Assembly: GCA_002633005.1 (NCBI GenBank)
Contig: NMRA01000128.1
Coordinates: forward strand, 150,051-214,050
Direction: 5' to 3'
Length of the DNA: 64,000 nt
Origin: Phoronis australis
Taxonomy: Eukaryota; Animalia; Phoronida
Part shown: in pieces, positions 13,331 through 27,500 of the stretch
How positions within the stretch are numbered: the first letter of the stretch is position 1
How the letters are laid out: every line of letters starts with the position of its first letter
Notes under the pieces: model-generated
Databases searched by the model: none
Told to the model about the DNA's origin: nothing
Seen by the model: only the letters and a program-made list of their open reading frames with translations
Made by a program: the position numbers and the translations under genes

Positions 13331-15504
13331 AGAAATGCTATGTAAAATAACAAATTCTGTAAAAATGCCTTCAATCAGCTGAACATTGTTCAAATATTTG
13401 AGTGCATCTTTACTACAATAGTGCAGTTTCATTCTGTTAAACGAGTCACGCACATCAGTTGGATGCACGAAATCCTTGAAATTCTTCCCTATATCGCCAG
13501 TTACTGTAACTACGGTAGACAATAAATTTTATTTTGAAATTTTGTTTTTAGCTCAAGGATTTTAGGAGTGTGCACTGTGTCATTGGTGCATAAAAAATTC
13601 ATTCACTCACTGTACTTGCTAAACTCTAGCAAAATGACATTAATATTGTGTCCTTTTTGTTTTGCCATAGAATAAAATGCATTGGATTCATATTATAACA
13701 CAATGACAATTCAGACAAAACTGATCTAATTGTTCAACAATGTCTGATCAAGTATAAAACACGATGTCAGGGACGGGTCTTATTTACCATGCTCTTAAGA
13801 ATATAAAATTATTGTGGGTACTTGGACAAATTATAACTTTGTGTCACCTCCAGTTGCTATCATTGCAGTCTCCATGGATATTGCAATTTTTTGGGGCCCA
13901 CCGTCCACGTCCTACCTGGTTCTAATGATCCTGTATATTATGAAAATGCAGGTTCCAACTGTGGATTTAGTGTTCGGTTTTAAAAACTGAATGCAGTTAG
14001 TGTTTAGACCCATCAACAGTTGTGTAAGGTACTTGGGTAACTGTCAAACTCACACGCATAAGATGCTGCCATCAAAACACATTTAAGAGGAAAGAACAGA
14101 ATAAAGTGACGTTACTCACAAGTCCCAATGTGTGAATTACCCATAATCCTGTTTTTCTAAATTAATCCATGCTACTGGTGTCAGTCACCACATTTCACTT
14201 GGTGATCTAACGATCTTTTAGCCCTGCGGGTACCATAGGTGCATCGTGTAAAATTTTGTGAAGGCAAGTTACCTCTTTGCTCAGGACACGTAAATTGAGA
14301 AATAAAAGGAAAATCAGTGCTAGTGTCACTGAACACTTTCGAGTGTTTTAGTGAAATTTTTCAATCTTCATAGCGGGTGCTTTATATAAACCAAAATCGA
14401 TGTGATGGGTGGTACTTAAAGCAACATCTTTGTTAACTGTTATTTTGGTACATGCTTTGTGGTGGAATCATTTTGTTTCATTTTTTAATGAGGAGTTTGG
14501 GTTACAAATTACACATGATGAAAGCATTGAGGAAGATTGGTTGCTAACAACTATCCGTTTTGAAGTTTGCTATTTTGGCTTGACCTATTTCCAAGAGTGC
14601 AACTCATGTTGAAAAGGCTTATGTCAAGCCCACTTTCGGAGTTTAGTGAAGGGACGTATCCAGACTTCGGTAACAACTGTCCACTTTTTCTTATAGTGCC
14701 ACGTAAGTTTCATTTGTGCATCCAATTAAGTCATCGGTATGGCATTTTTGGGATAAAAATTTTGTGGCCATAAACATGTAATTGTTCAGTTTGCATGTGT
14801 GTGTGTGTGTGAGGCCTTCTTTGTTTCATGGTATTGCATATAATGAATCCTAGCCTTGTAAGGTCTTTGTGTTGTGTAGCATTAACAATAAGGCAACTAG
14901 TTGCTTAGGGGTCTCGTTTGCTCATCTTGATACCTTCGCAGGAAGTTGAAATTCTTTACTATTCTTGTTGTGTATTTCGACAAGCTGCATCACTCGCCTC
15001 TTATTTTGCCCAGGTAGTGATTTTACGTGCTGTAGGCACTAATGCTGGTCAAATGTGCTGGTGTCAAGACTGGACGAGTAGTACATTTTACCAAAATTTT
15101 GATACTTCAATCATCTTGATCATGTATATTGTTGTACGTATTGATGCACTCTGATTTGACTTTTATCATCAAGCAGCCATTTAGTTTAAAAAACAAGGTG
15201 ATGATTTCATGTCATTTTATTAATAAAAATAAAACCATTTTTGGTACTAACAGATACACTTCTTTCAGTAATTCTCTTTAATGGAATGAAACGATCCCTT
15301 ATTTTGAAAGAAGAATGAAACCTATCGTTGTACTTACTATTTCTCAGAGACAGCCACTCAGCCTTTATTGTTAAGTGCCGTGATGGCTAAATGACAAGTG
15401 GTCACTACAATATTAATGAAACTCCTAACGAGGAAGAGGAGCAGAAAGTTATTGAGAATGCCATCAACAATAATCAACTGCTCCTTGTCAGTAAGCTCGA
15501 GTAA

Positions 15505-18500
15505 TCAGTCCTTTTTCTTCTGCGTTTTTGGAGAGAAATAAGTTAAAATTGTCCTGGTTTTACGGGCTGGACTCTGAAAAAGAACAAAAGCAGATCATGA
15601 ACCCAGCTAAGACTTGGTTATTTAATTGTCGTGGTGCACACTTTTTCTCAAGAATACATGTTTCTTTACATTCTGGTGGCCAAGCCCAATTCTAAAGAGT
15701 TACAAATTATTAACAAAAACATCTTTATAACAAAGCCTGAAGAGTTACGAGGGAGAAAATCTGATTTCCTGACTGACAACTGACTTTTGGTATTGAAGCA
15801 ATGCCCTGCATGTGCTGTTACTGTTGAAAGTAAACAGGTGCAGTACTACCTTTTAAACGTCGTATTAACTTGAACACAATAGTTACCTCCAGGCTGGGCG
15901 ATGCTGGTCGACTTCTGGACGACACGGGACTGACCCCCTTACTGCCGCGTCGCTGCTGATTCAGACTGGGCGATGCTGGTCGACTCCTGCAAGTAACAGG
16001 ACTACCCCCCTCCCTGGAGTTGCGTCGCTGCTGACTCAGCTGAGTCAACCAATCAATCTTCTTTGGTGAATTCTCCTTATTGCTAGGTGGCACATAGATC
16101 GACCTGGGTTGTGGATTGAGAACGTAGTTTGGTAGATTGCTGGTAGGTGACTGAGGTGTGCCTCCAACAGCCTGCACCCAACCTGCTGTCTCCTCATGAC
16201 ATTTGAACAGCTTCTTTACAACATTGTAGTCACTGGACTCACGAAATACTGTCTTTGATTGCACATTACTTTTCACAGACTCATAATTGCACTTCTTAAG
16301 GGGTGGCATATGGCAACCGTTCGACACCTTAGCGCCATCTAACTTCCGTTTTACCCCACACTTGACAGGTGACAATGCATCCTGAATTTCACAAGCACCA
16401 TAGCTATCGGATGACTTCCGTGGGCTGAGAAACAAGTTTATTTTTCTCGGCGAGGAAGACTTTTGTGGTGATTTAAGATTCTTCTTCAGTAGTGCATACT
16501 TTGGTCCAGACTTTGGGCTAAGCCACTCCATGAGTGTTGGGAGTTTATAGGTGGGAGACTTGAAAGACTTTGTTACAGTAGGGACTTGTTGTTCCTGATT
16601 TGCAACTTTAGTTGACAAAGTAGATTGCGTGATAGAAGAATGGCAGTCAACCACTTGCTCGGACTCCGTACAAACCACTGCAATGTAAATATGTAATATT
16701 CACTGTTGAATAGTGTTTACATAGAAAATGTCAACCAAAACTAAACCAACTAGGATAGTCAAAGGTTTGTAACACTGGAAACACTGAAAATGGTCTCCAT
16801 GTCACTTTAGAAGATCATAGACGGCACTAACATAATTTAAACAGAATTCAAAGTCGCTTTGGAATAATCGAGAATATACAAATGATAAAATGATGAGAAA
16901 GGAACTCTGGATGCAATGAAATAAGTAAGGTTATAACCTGCACAATAACATGTAGTCAATTAAATTCTTGGTTCATATCATAAGACTTGTTGCCCGATAG
17001 TCCAATGAAATCAACATTGTAGCGCTGCACAGGACAAACATCTGCGTCACATCTTTAAAATAAAACGTGACTAATTCTGATGTGATAAAAACTCCCTAAT
17101 CATGCACTGTCATCAGGATACAGCTCTACCACCAGGACTGGCCGAGTCTCGCCGAAAGTGCGGCTTAGCCGTTACTCCAAGAGGATATCTCGAGTAGAAT
17201 AGACACGTTATCACCAGCATGAATTACTCACCTTTTTCACTAATTCGTCTGTGGGCTTTGCCAACAACAGTTGCTGGTTCGACTGGTATTGAACCATCAG
17301 ACTGCCAGATCCACATAGAATTATCATCAGATAATGTGGCTATCTATACAACAAAATGAGGAAATTGTAAATTCCAGAATTACACAAGACATACTTCTGG
17401 ATGCTCACACACCCATTACTATGCCAAATAAACCAATTCAGTGACATTTTTTGGCTGCTGTGCACCCACAATTTACAAGATGTGAACACTTTTATTTAGC
17501 CATGGCAGACTGAAAAGCCGATGACATTTATTTGATCAAGACTTAATTCAAAGTCCCAAACGAATACCAAATTAATGTCTTGAGAGTGCAATGACTGACT
17601 AGATGGTAGTTTTGGCCGAGAACCTACATAGACAAATAATGGCATAATACTGTTGAATGAAAGGAAACAATTTATAGCAAGAAAATTCATGGCAGAAAGC
17701 ATCACCTTGGTAGTGTCTGTAGGGCACCAGGAAACATCAGTCACCTCCCCTTGGTGTCCCTCCAGAACGACTGGACCACTCGTTGGCTCATTCAAGCACC
17801 ATATGTACGCCAAATCATCACTTGAACCACTCAGGAGGTATTGGTCATCAGGACTGACTGCAGCCTTCACGTAGAATGTAGCATTGCGGTGACCTCTGTA
17901 GGTAGCCACTGAAAGAACACAAAGACCAGTATGACACCAATATGTAAATTTATACGTTGGTCTAAGGGAAAGTCAATCATTTGTAACCTTTCTTATGGCA
18001 CATTAGCAGATGACATTTACAAATTCAAATTCTCAGAACTTACATGGGCCTGTTATACAAAATAGGTTAGCTTTTTTGCCTACAAACACTGCTTTAACAC
18101 AATGATGTCACCAAACCAAGTCAGATTAAAACGAGTGTATTTTAAGACACGCATCACGATTTCAATGCCTGAAAGGATCGTCTGCTCCACATTGAGACAA
18201 TGCGCAACCAAATAGGAAGGAGCTGATGTCAAAAAACAATAAGAAGGAAATCTGCCTCAATATTTTGGAAATGATACTCCATCCAAGTTTGATGGAGGAG
18301 AAACACCAGCGCCAGACAAGAGCAATGTCAGTTCAATGCACATGGAATACAAACGATGATACAACACTCTGGGCAGACCAAGACTTGTGCAATTTGGATA
18401 TTCAACAGACAAACATGCATCAAGTCTTAATCTCTTCAGGGTTCTCATAAGTAGCAAACAAGACACGTCAGTGACAGCCATGCAGTGTAGAGAACGCAGC

Positions 18501-21500
18501 ACAACTCGACACAAATGCAGTGGAATATTCTGCAACATCAAAGGCCAAAAACGTGCTACAGACTGGAAATTTCTTCAAAAATTTTCGGGCATTTTCACTA
18601 GGAGAGAACTTTCCTGTAAATGATTGTAACTTTTGTGCGCAACAGTTCATGCAGTTAATGAAGAAGCCTATCAAGGCATGAAACACGAGAGAACAACACT
18701 TTGCAGTACGCCAATTAAGGAAACCAAGTCATTTTAGATTGATTATGTAAATTCAATCTTGTCAAACATTTCGTAATAATAATAATAATTATAATAATAA
18801 TGTTTATTGTACATTGTAGGCTTTGCCTACTCATTCATAAATACATAAATTCAAATGTACGGTATATTCCGAATATTTACACGGAGAGCAGTTCTTCTCT
18901 TAAAGCCATAGCCTTCTGAATATACAATGTGAGGCGCTGGATGCTGTCATGATTTTTCTGTTGGAATAACCTAACAGGAGAATAGTTAACATTCACAAGC
19001 TCTGGTAGAAGATTTCTTCTAAGGCCTCCAAGAACAGGGCATCTACAAATGAAATGAGGCTCATCTTCAATTTCACCCAGACAGCATATGCCGCATATTC
19101 TCTCACCTCTAGGAATACCCATATGTCTCCCTTTCTCTATATTAAGTGAGTGACCTAGAAATACCCGTATGTCTCCCTTTCTCTATATTAAGTGAGTGAC
19201 CTAGGAATACCCGTATGTCTCCCTTTCTCTATATTAAGTGAGTGACCTAGGAATACCCATATGTCTACCTTTCTCTATATTAAGTGAGTGACCTAGGAAT
19301 ACCCATATGTCTCCCTTTCTCTATATTAAGTGAGTGACCTAGGAATACCCATATGTCTCCCTTTCTCTATATTAAGTGAGTGACCTAGGAATACCCATAT
19401 GTCTCCCTTTCTCTATATTAAGTGAGTGACCTAGGAATACCCATATGTCTCCCTNGATCTAAAAATCAATTTTGGCGCGTAAAAATGGCGGGAAAATTTT
19501 GCGACCTGGCATTTATGAATGCGAGCTGGATTTTGGAAATGCGACCTGGGATTCTGGCTAGGTCGCAAAATGCGACCTGGCGATTTTAATAGCGTCGAGC
19601 CCTGCATGCAGTTAATGAAGAAGCCTATCAAGGCATGAAACACGAGAGTACAACACTTTGCAGTACGCCAATTAAGGAAACCAAGTCATTCAAGATTGAT
19701 TATGTAAATTCAATCTTGTCAAACATTTCGTAATAATAATAATTATAATAATAATATTTATTGTACATCGTAGGCTTTGCCTACTCATACTCTTAAAGCC
19801 ATAGCCTTCTGAAAATACAATGTGAGGCGTTGGATGCTGTCATGATTTTTCTGTTGGAATAACCTAACAAGAGAGTAGTGAACATTCACAAGCTCTGGTA
19901 GAAGATTTCTACTAAGGTCTCCAAGAACAGAGCATCTACACATGAAATGAGGCTCATCTTCAATTTCACCCAGACAGCATATACCGCATATTCTCTCACC
20001 TCTAGGAATACCCATATGTCTCCCTTTCTCTATATTAAGTGAGTGACATGAACAACGAAACTGCGCGAATATTTTTCTTGAATAAGCGCTTAAACAATTC
20101 ACATATTGCTCGCTGACGAGATCGCATTTAATAAGACTATAAAATTCATATTCATTTAAGCCACCTATTTCCAGTTGCCAATCCTGTACGCCACAATCCA
20201 GCAATCTCTGTTTGAACAGAATTTTTGAAATCATTGTGTCCTCCCATTCCTCCATTACAATTCCTGTGTAAATAAATCATAAACTAATGTAACATGCGAT
20301 GACAGAGCGAACACTGTAAAAGGCCGGGACAAGTGCAATCTGGTCTCACGTGACAGTATTGCAATAATCACAACCTTGTACAGTGTGCAGGCATGCTGTT
20401 AATAGGATGCCAAACATGCAGAGACTTAATACTGAAGTTCGTCAAGCACTGTCTATGATATATATAGTAAAGGTTTAGTGGAAACTACTCGATCAGTCAA
20501 CTTGGCCCAGGGATCAGAGACGAATGTTGTACTGAATAACAGTCAACTTGGCCCCGGAACCAGAGGTGATTATATACAGAGTAGCAGTCAACTTGGCCCA
20601 CGGACTAGAGACGAATTTTGTACTGAGTAACAATCAACTTGGCCCAGGGACTAGAGACGAATGTTGTACTGAGGAGCAGTGAACTTGGCCCAGGGACCAG
20701 AGATGATTGCTGTACAGAGTAGCAGTCAACGTAGCCCATGGACCAGAGATGATTGTTGTACAGAGTGACAGCCAAGTTGGTCCAGGGAACAGATATCATT
20801 GTTGTAAAGAACCAGTCAGTTTTGTTTGAAGTTATAAACTACAAAGTACTACACCAGTATTTCCAGGATAATCACTAACCAAAGTACAGCCACTATCAAC
20901 AGTTTTCCGCATACCTGAATCCAACAACACCATGTCCATTCAGTCCATACGCTGCTGCCGCTGCTGCTGTGCGATGATGAAGAAAGCACGGATCTGCTGT
21001 AGGCCGGGACAAGTGCAATTTGATGAGGACACACAAATATTGCTCCTGACACGGCCTACTACAACCCACTTCAATGCGCATACATAAGAATAAAACAAGC
21101 CATAAACATTTCTTCAAAAGTCTCTGGCAATATACTGACCAATAACCCTGCCTCCATGGCCCAATCTGACCAACGTAAATTATAGGCCCACAAAACAGCG
21201 ATCAAGATATGCTGCGCACAAGCAGGCCGGGACAAGTGCAATTGGTTTTCAGTTAAAACACCCACTACTGCACTCGAACCCGCCTACATGTGCGCAACTA
21301 CGACTGCGCCATTACCAACAACCTCTTGATCCCAACTAAATGTACACAGAAATAACAGGCTCTTTTCAAACATACCAGTATTCAGAAAAAAGACACTTCC
21401 CCTGAATGGAAATTGATTCCACAAGAGAACTCCAGTTTGAACAAGCAAACTGGCTTGTCAGTAGGTGTCAGCACTGTGCCAACTAGGCCGGGACAAGTGC

Positions 21501-24500
21501 AATTTGAATCAAGAGTACAATATTGCACCCATACCAACCTAGCAGTCATAGCAATAGAATGTCTCAAAAACTGCGGCAAACCAAGCAGAGATGGTTAATT
21601 TCCACATGGACAACCCGTCTGATGGACACAAGTAGGAAACTACACATGCTCAGCAAAACGGATGTGACTCTTACCTGGCTGTGATGTGTAGCTTGCACAG
21701 TTGTACTCGTAGATAATATCATCCATACAGTTGGCAAACAGCCGTGTGCGTGAAGAGTCCATACAAAGGTTGGAAAATCCTATCAAACAGACGTGCCAAA
21801 GGATGGTTTTAATGAAGGAACTCAATTTTTGTTAGGGAAACCCCGATGACACACATGTTAGGCAATTCATAACACTGATCTGAGCTTAACAAATGGTAAC
21901 ATCCTGAAATTTGAGGCATTTTATAAACACATCCTGAGTTCATCGAAAGCAGAATTAGAAATTTTATAAACCATACCATAGTCTTTGGTTAGAACTTGAT
22001 GTTATAAGTTCTCAAGCATACAGTTAAGAAACTAAAATAAATATTGATAACAAATTTGTGCTTCATATTCTAGAACCTACAAGCACCATTAGAAAATAAC
22101 TGGCATTTTGCCCCTAAGCTTGTGCTAAAATCAAACCCTGCAAGCCAGTAACATTGGCACAATGTTTACTTGTTCAAGTATCAAAATAGTCCGATTTTGA
22201 CAATAAATCAAAACAACCGTATTATTTACTAAAGACCTCAAAGCTATCTATCACAAGGCACAGTTTTAAATAATTAAAGTTACTTGATTCAGGAAGTACC
22301 GAATTTTGAACTGGATTGTTCAAGTGTGAACTTAACTCTTCAATTCTGAACAATGAAATTTGGCCCCACTTCTTAGTCAGCCTTACCATGCTTGCGTATA
22401 CCAAGTCCAGCGTAAGTGAACAGTTGCCAGGGGACAGCAGTCGACTTTAGAATGCTGTAATTCTTTCGCAAATCCCAGACTTTGATATTTCTGGAAATTG
22501 ATAAGAATTGATTTACGATGGGAATTAATATGTGGCAACAACAAACATTCACTCGCTGAAGGTGTTGAAGGATGTGGTCTGAGGTTATCTCAGGATTAGG
22601 AGGTCTCAATAAATTTGTTGGTTAATCCTCCCTCTTGACAATTTGAACTTAATTGAATGAGCATGGAAATAAATTTCAGTTCAGTTCAACAAAAACGCTA
22701 AGTTCCTCAAGTTTGAGGAAACGTCTTAAACCAAGAAATGTAACATCCAGGAAATCAACTCTTCCGTGAACAACCGGATACAATTATCTGATCTAAAATG
22801 CCTACAATTTTATCTTCAATTTCATGCATTTTTTGAGGCATTTTTCTTTGCAGGTAAAAATAATCATCTCATAACAAATAAAGTCCTTCGCAAGTTTGTT
22901 ATTTTTAGGCAGACTATTTCAGTTGTATTTCAGTAATCTACACACCCGTCAGCAGCACCAGCTGAGATGAGGTAATGGTCATCTTGAAACAGGACTGAGG
23001 TCACACTTTGTTGGCTGGATTCTTGAGTGATCTGTTTCACACGTCGTCTGCTCTTCTGGGTGATGCTCTTGTCCACCAGTGAGTGAGCATTGCGTATCTG
23101 ATTGACAGAAGGAATGGAACCATCTGTAAAAACATGTCAATCTATCACAGTCTACTATGAGGTGACACTACACAGGTAGCAAGAGCAGGGGATGGAAATG
23201 ATTCCAGCCTTGATACTCTAAAACTTCAGTACTGGACTAGCAAGCACCGAACACACAGTTAACGGTGCCCCTAAACTCCACACGTGCACTGACAATACTA
23301 CATATCTGAAAATTCTTCAAAACCAGTGAGCAGGTGTGGAGCAGTGTCAGTACTGGAGTTTAGGGGATGAAAACCATGTACTACGTAAGCCAACACCAGT
23401 GTGTACTATCTCACTAGTATTGAAGCATGGTCATGGGATCGTTTCTATCCCCTGAAGAAGTACTATGCAAAATTTCAAAACCTTGCCAACTACTAAATAC
23501 AACAATAAGGTTATTTGTGCTTTCATTTAACACAAATCGAAGTGGTTAAATTACTGTTAAGAAAAAATATGTCACTTGTATAATAGTATTCTAGCATTAC
23601 CATTGGATGTGTGGATAGTATTCTAGCATTACCATAGGATGTGTGGACAAGAAACAATGGAGTTGAGATGGCAGCAAGGTGCTACAAAGTGTTAACAGTT
23701 CACTAAAGGACCAACAAACAAATCACTGACACCCCACTCGTGGGTCTCCCTACCAATCAGGGGAAATGGGGCAAAATGGCAAACAGTCCACTAAAGGACC
23801 AGCAAACAAACTCACTGACATTCCACTTGTGGGTTTCACTACCTACAGGAGAAGTGGGTCAAAACGGCAAACACAGTTCACTTAAGGACCAGCAAACAAA
23901 TCACTGACACCCCACTTGTGGGTTTCCCTACCGATCAGGGGAAGTGAAACAAAATTACCATATTATTCAAGGTTCACATAAAGACCCTCGTCTGTAATGC
24001 GTAAAACCAGCATGAGAAATCTCAGGCAGAGTGCTGCTGTGCAGTATCATTTTAGCACCATAAAGTCAATATAGGTGGGACAAAACTCAAACTTTGCTTT
24101 ATCTTGCAAAAATGTCTGAAATATTAATCCAGGCTGTACATACAAATGACACCCACCAACGAAAAATAGAAGCAAAATATAGTTGTTCATAACTTAGACA
24201 AAACTCATGCTGAGTGTGCAACAGGAACAGTTCAATTACATTTAATGAGGTTGTTCCCAGCTTGAATATTCAGTGAACAGACAGAAATGAAACCGCTCAG
24301 AGGAGTGAAACTTGGCGAAATTAACCGAAAAGACGATGATGACAACGATGATGATTATGATGATGAAGGTGGCAATTATGAAAAACACAATAATATACAC
24401 ATGACTAGTGAAGATGTCACAAATCAGTAAGAAATAGGCTACAGTCTTAAGCGACACTTGGCGAAATTAACTGAAAAGATGATGATAGAGATGACGACGA

Positions 24501-27500
24501 CGATTATGATGATGAAGGTGGCAATAATGAACAACATAACATTCATATGACTAGCGAAGATGTCAGAAGCAGTAAGAAATAGGCTACAGTCTTGTTACTA
24601 GAAGTTAAACCAACATCAATGCAGCAAGAGCGCTCAACAAAGGAACACCGCTATCAGAAAATATCAAATAATTCGAAAAATAGACGTCCTAGCGAAAAAT
24701 GGAAAATATCTTCTGAAAGCCCGTTCAAAGCTCTATCTAACATGTTAGTTTTGGAAAATTCCGTAAATATTTTGAAAAAATAGAAATTTTGCATTTTGTT
24801 TCGAAATTCAAAGTCAAATAATTCGAAAACGTTAAGTCTGAGAAAAAATTTGTTAGAGTTCATTTGAAAGGACATATCTCAGAGAATTTACATGCAAAAA
24901 TTCATGTCATTTTCTCTTCCTGTTTAAAGAGCCCCTCCCCCCCCCCTGCACGACTTAAAATGGGTCAAAATGTGCCTTTTTAGCAACAGATAATAGCGTG
25001 TCATAGAAAACTAACACCTGAAAAATTTAGAAGCAATTTGTCCTATAATGCGCCCTCTACAGGAGAAAACGTTTTTTTTGCCTGAAATCGAAGTGCACAT
25101 GAGCAATTGCCAATATTTCCGCCAGTGAGTAAACAATTTCCTGCACATCTGTAGCAAACAATGTCAGAGCAACATACTTGTCCGAATTCAGCCAAGTAAT
25201 TAATGTAGGTACAGTCCACAAGTTGATTATTCTACAGGATTGCTAAACTCTGTAATTAGACTTCACTGGGTGGCAGGTCAGTGAGAAGGTAGCACAGACA
25301 TATATTGAGCAGGCAACACAATACAACACCACAGGTAGGCAGCAGACAACACAATACAACACTGCAGGTAGGTAGCTCATTAAGCCACAGCTACAATGGC
25401 ACTCCTATCACTGTTGGCAAACTCACAATGAAGGAGGGGCTCATAGCACAGGGTTGTAACATACACTGCAGCAATCTTATCAAGAAGATAACAGGTATAG
25501 CAAAAGTTTTCAAGAGAAACATTTGGTCTCCATACAGGTGAGCCAACAGACTGGTGTTGATGGATATTAAACATAGACCAGGTGTCTAGACTCTACACTT
25601 TGAGAAAATTATCTTACATGAAAAGCAGGGGATTTGACATTTGAAGGTAACCATTTCACAGTTCCATGGAAAGAAGGGTTTCCTACACAGTTCAGTTGAG
25701 AGAGCTAAGTTCTAAGATCAATAACCTCTCCTCGAGACTGAACTCGAGAATTGACCAACCACGTGCACACTGAGAGAAAACCTTTGAAGTTCAAGCAATG
25801 TGAATGACTTACAACTTACAAGTTGTGTCAAGAGGACAGTGTGATAGTCTCTGGCCAAGCTTCATCACAATCACGCAAAATGGAAAAACGTCTCTACATG
25901 AACCAAGTGCACTGTCCAAAACCATTTCAAACGAAGTGAGCTACTACTACTTCAAGAATGTCAAGTGTTCCCAAGTTCTAAACTCATCAACTCTTCTGGA
26001 CGGATCCTTGTGAATGGGAAATGTCATAAGTTCTGAACTCATCAACCACCACATGAAAACATTCTGTAGCCGATAATCACAAAACACAAAAGTCTCAATT
26101 TAAAACCATTTCTGCTAAGCACAATTTCCAGCCCATTAAATATCAAGACGAAACATTTTAATTCCAACATTCAGTCCTTTGCAATTTGTTAAAAACAGTT
26201 GCCATTTTAGAGCAAACCACCTACCTTTACTGGCACACCGGCTGTCCCATACCATGATATGTCCATCACGCGACCCACTGGCAAAGACATCTAAGAGTAG
26301 AAATCAAGAGAATAGTCCACATCACTCCTTAAAAACCATCTACACACAACTAGAAAGACCTCTTCTCAGCCTCAACCAGTCAGGTAAAGAGATGGCCAAT
26401 CCTTACAATGGTCCCTATGTCACAGAATACTAAAGATGCTGGAGGGAAAGGTTTATGCCAGAGGGAGCTCTCAACAAACCCAACTGTCAATGGTCAATCC
26501 TTACAATGCTCCTTATATATCAGGGAATTATAAATTAACAATAAATGCTAACCACAATGTTCAGGAGAGGTCCAGGAGAAGACACCTCATCTCAGCAAAC
26601 CAAACTGTAGAGTAGAGATGATCAATTCAAACAATGGTTCCTATATCAGGAAACCATAATCTAACACTGGTCATTAGTTGGGATGAGAGAGAGCAGAGGG
26701 CATGAGTACAAAGGCATGGTAGGCTTGAACTGTGTTACGCCTATTGTGGAACACTATATAACAGTCTGAGTACAATATACATAGCTAGTTGGAGTGGATG
26801 GGCAATACAATACATTCTGTATTCATGGGTATTCGAGTGTGAAAAGGAGGGAAACAGGGTAACACTGCTAGCTGATATAGCCAACAGATTACTGAAGCTC
26901 ACAAGACAAACACAGAACAGTCAGACTGTTAAAACATGACACTTTTGACCTTTATGAAACATTTCAGATTCTATACAGAGATGTCGACAGGTAGAAATGA
27001 GTATGTGCTCTCCTACACATGTCAATACTTTAAAACACTAAATAACTTGGAGGCTGAGTGACAACAGTTCCCCTATCAGTAGGCACATGCACGTCTACCA
27101 TTCTTATATTAAGACTAAGCAGTGTTTCAACCTCATTCTTCATAAAAGACCATGATTTTCAACACTAGGCCAGTATGTACCATCCATGGAACAATAGAAA
27201 GTGACACTAACAGCCCGGCCAAGAGACCAAATCCTAGTTCTGCATTCACATCCACTGACCAGCAAAGACTGTGCCCAATAGGGAGTATAACAGTGTCTCC
27301 TTAATGGAAGGAAATGCAAAAGCAAAATGTGGGCCCTCTCCTTGGCTGTTTTCATTACTTATAGTGTATGGTAGTACAAATCCCCCAAGTACACAGTAAT
27401 TAACGAGGAAATGTCACAAGATAACCAGGGATCCGCATGCTTTACTGCAGGTAATATCAAAACTGGTACCTTTTCCCTTTTTAAGGAATGCACAGAAAGC

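Noticed and set aside
15818-16678. 286-aa ORF as a standalone gene
   Set aside because: It is DTL exon 12 plus read-through into the following intron.
19109-19454. Regular 46-bp array as a CRISPR
   Set aside because: It is a head-to-tail tandem repeat with no unique spacers, derived from LINE sequence.
20321-21503. Identical 19-bp repeats with unique spacers, superficially CRISPR-like
   Set aside because: Spacers are 200-660 bp, there are no cas genes, and the context is a eukaryotic intron. The repeat is the miR-92 mature sequence.
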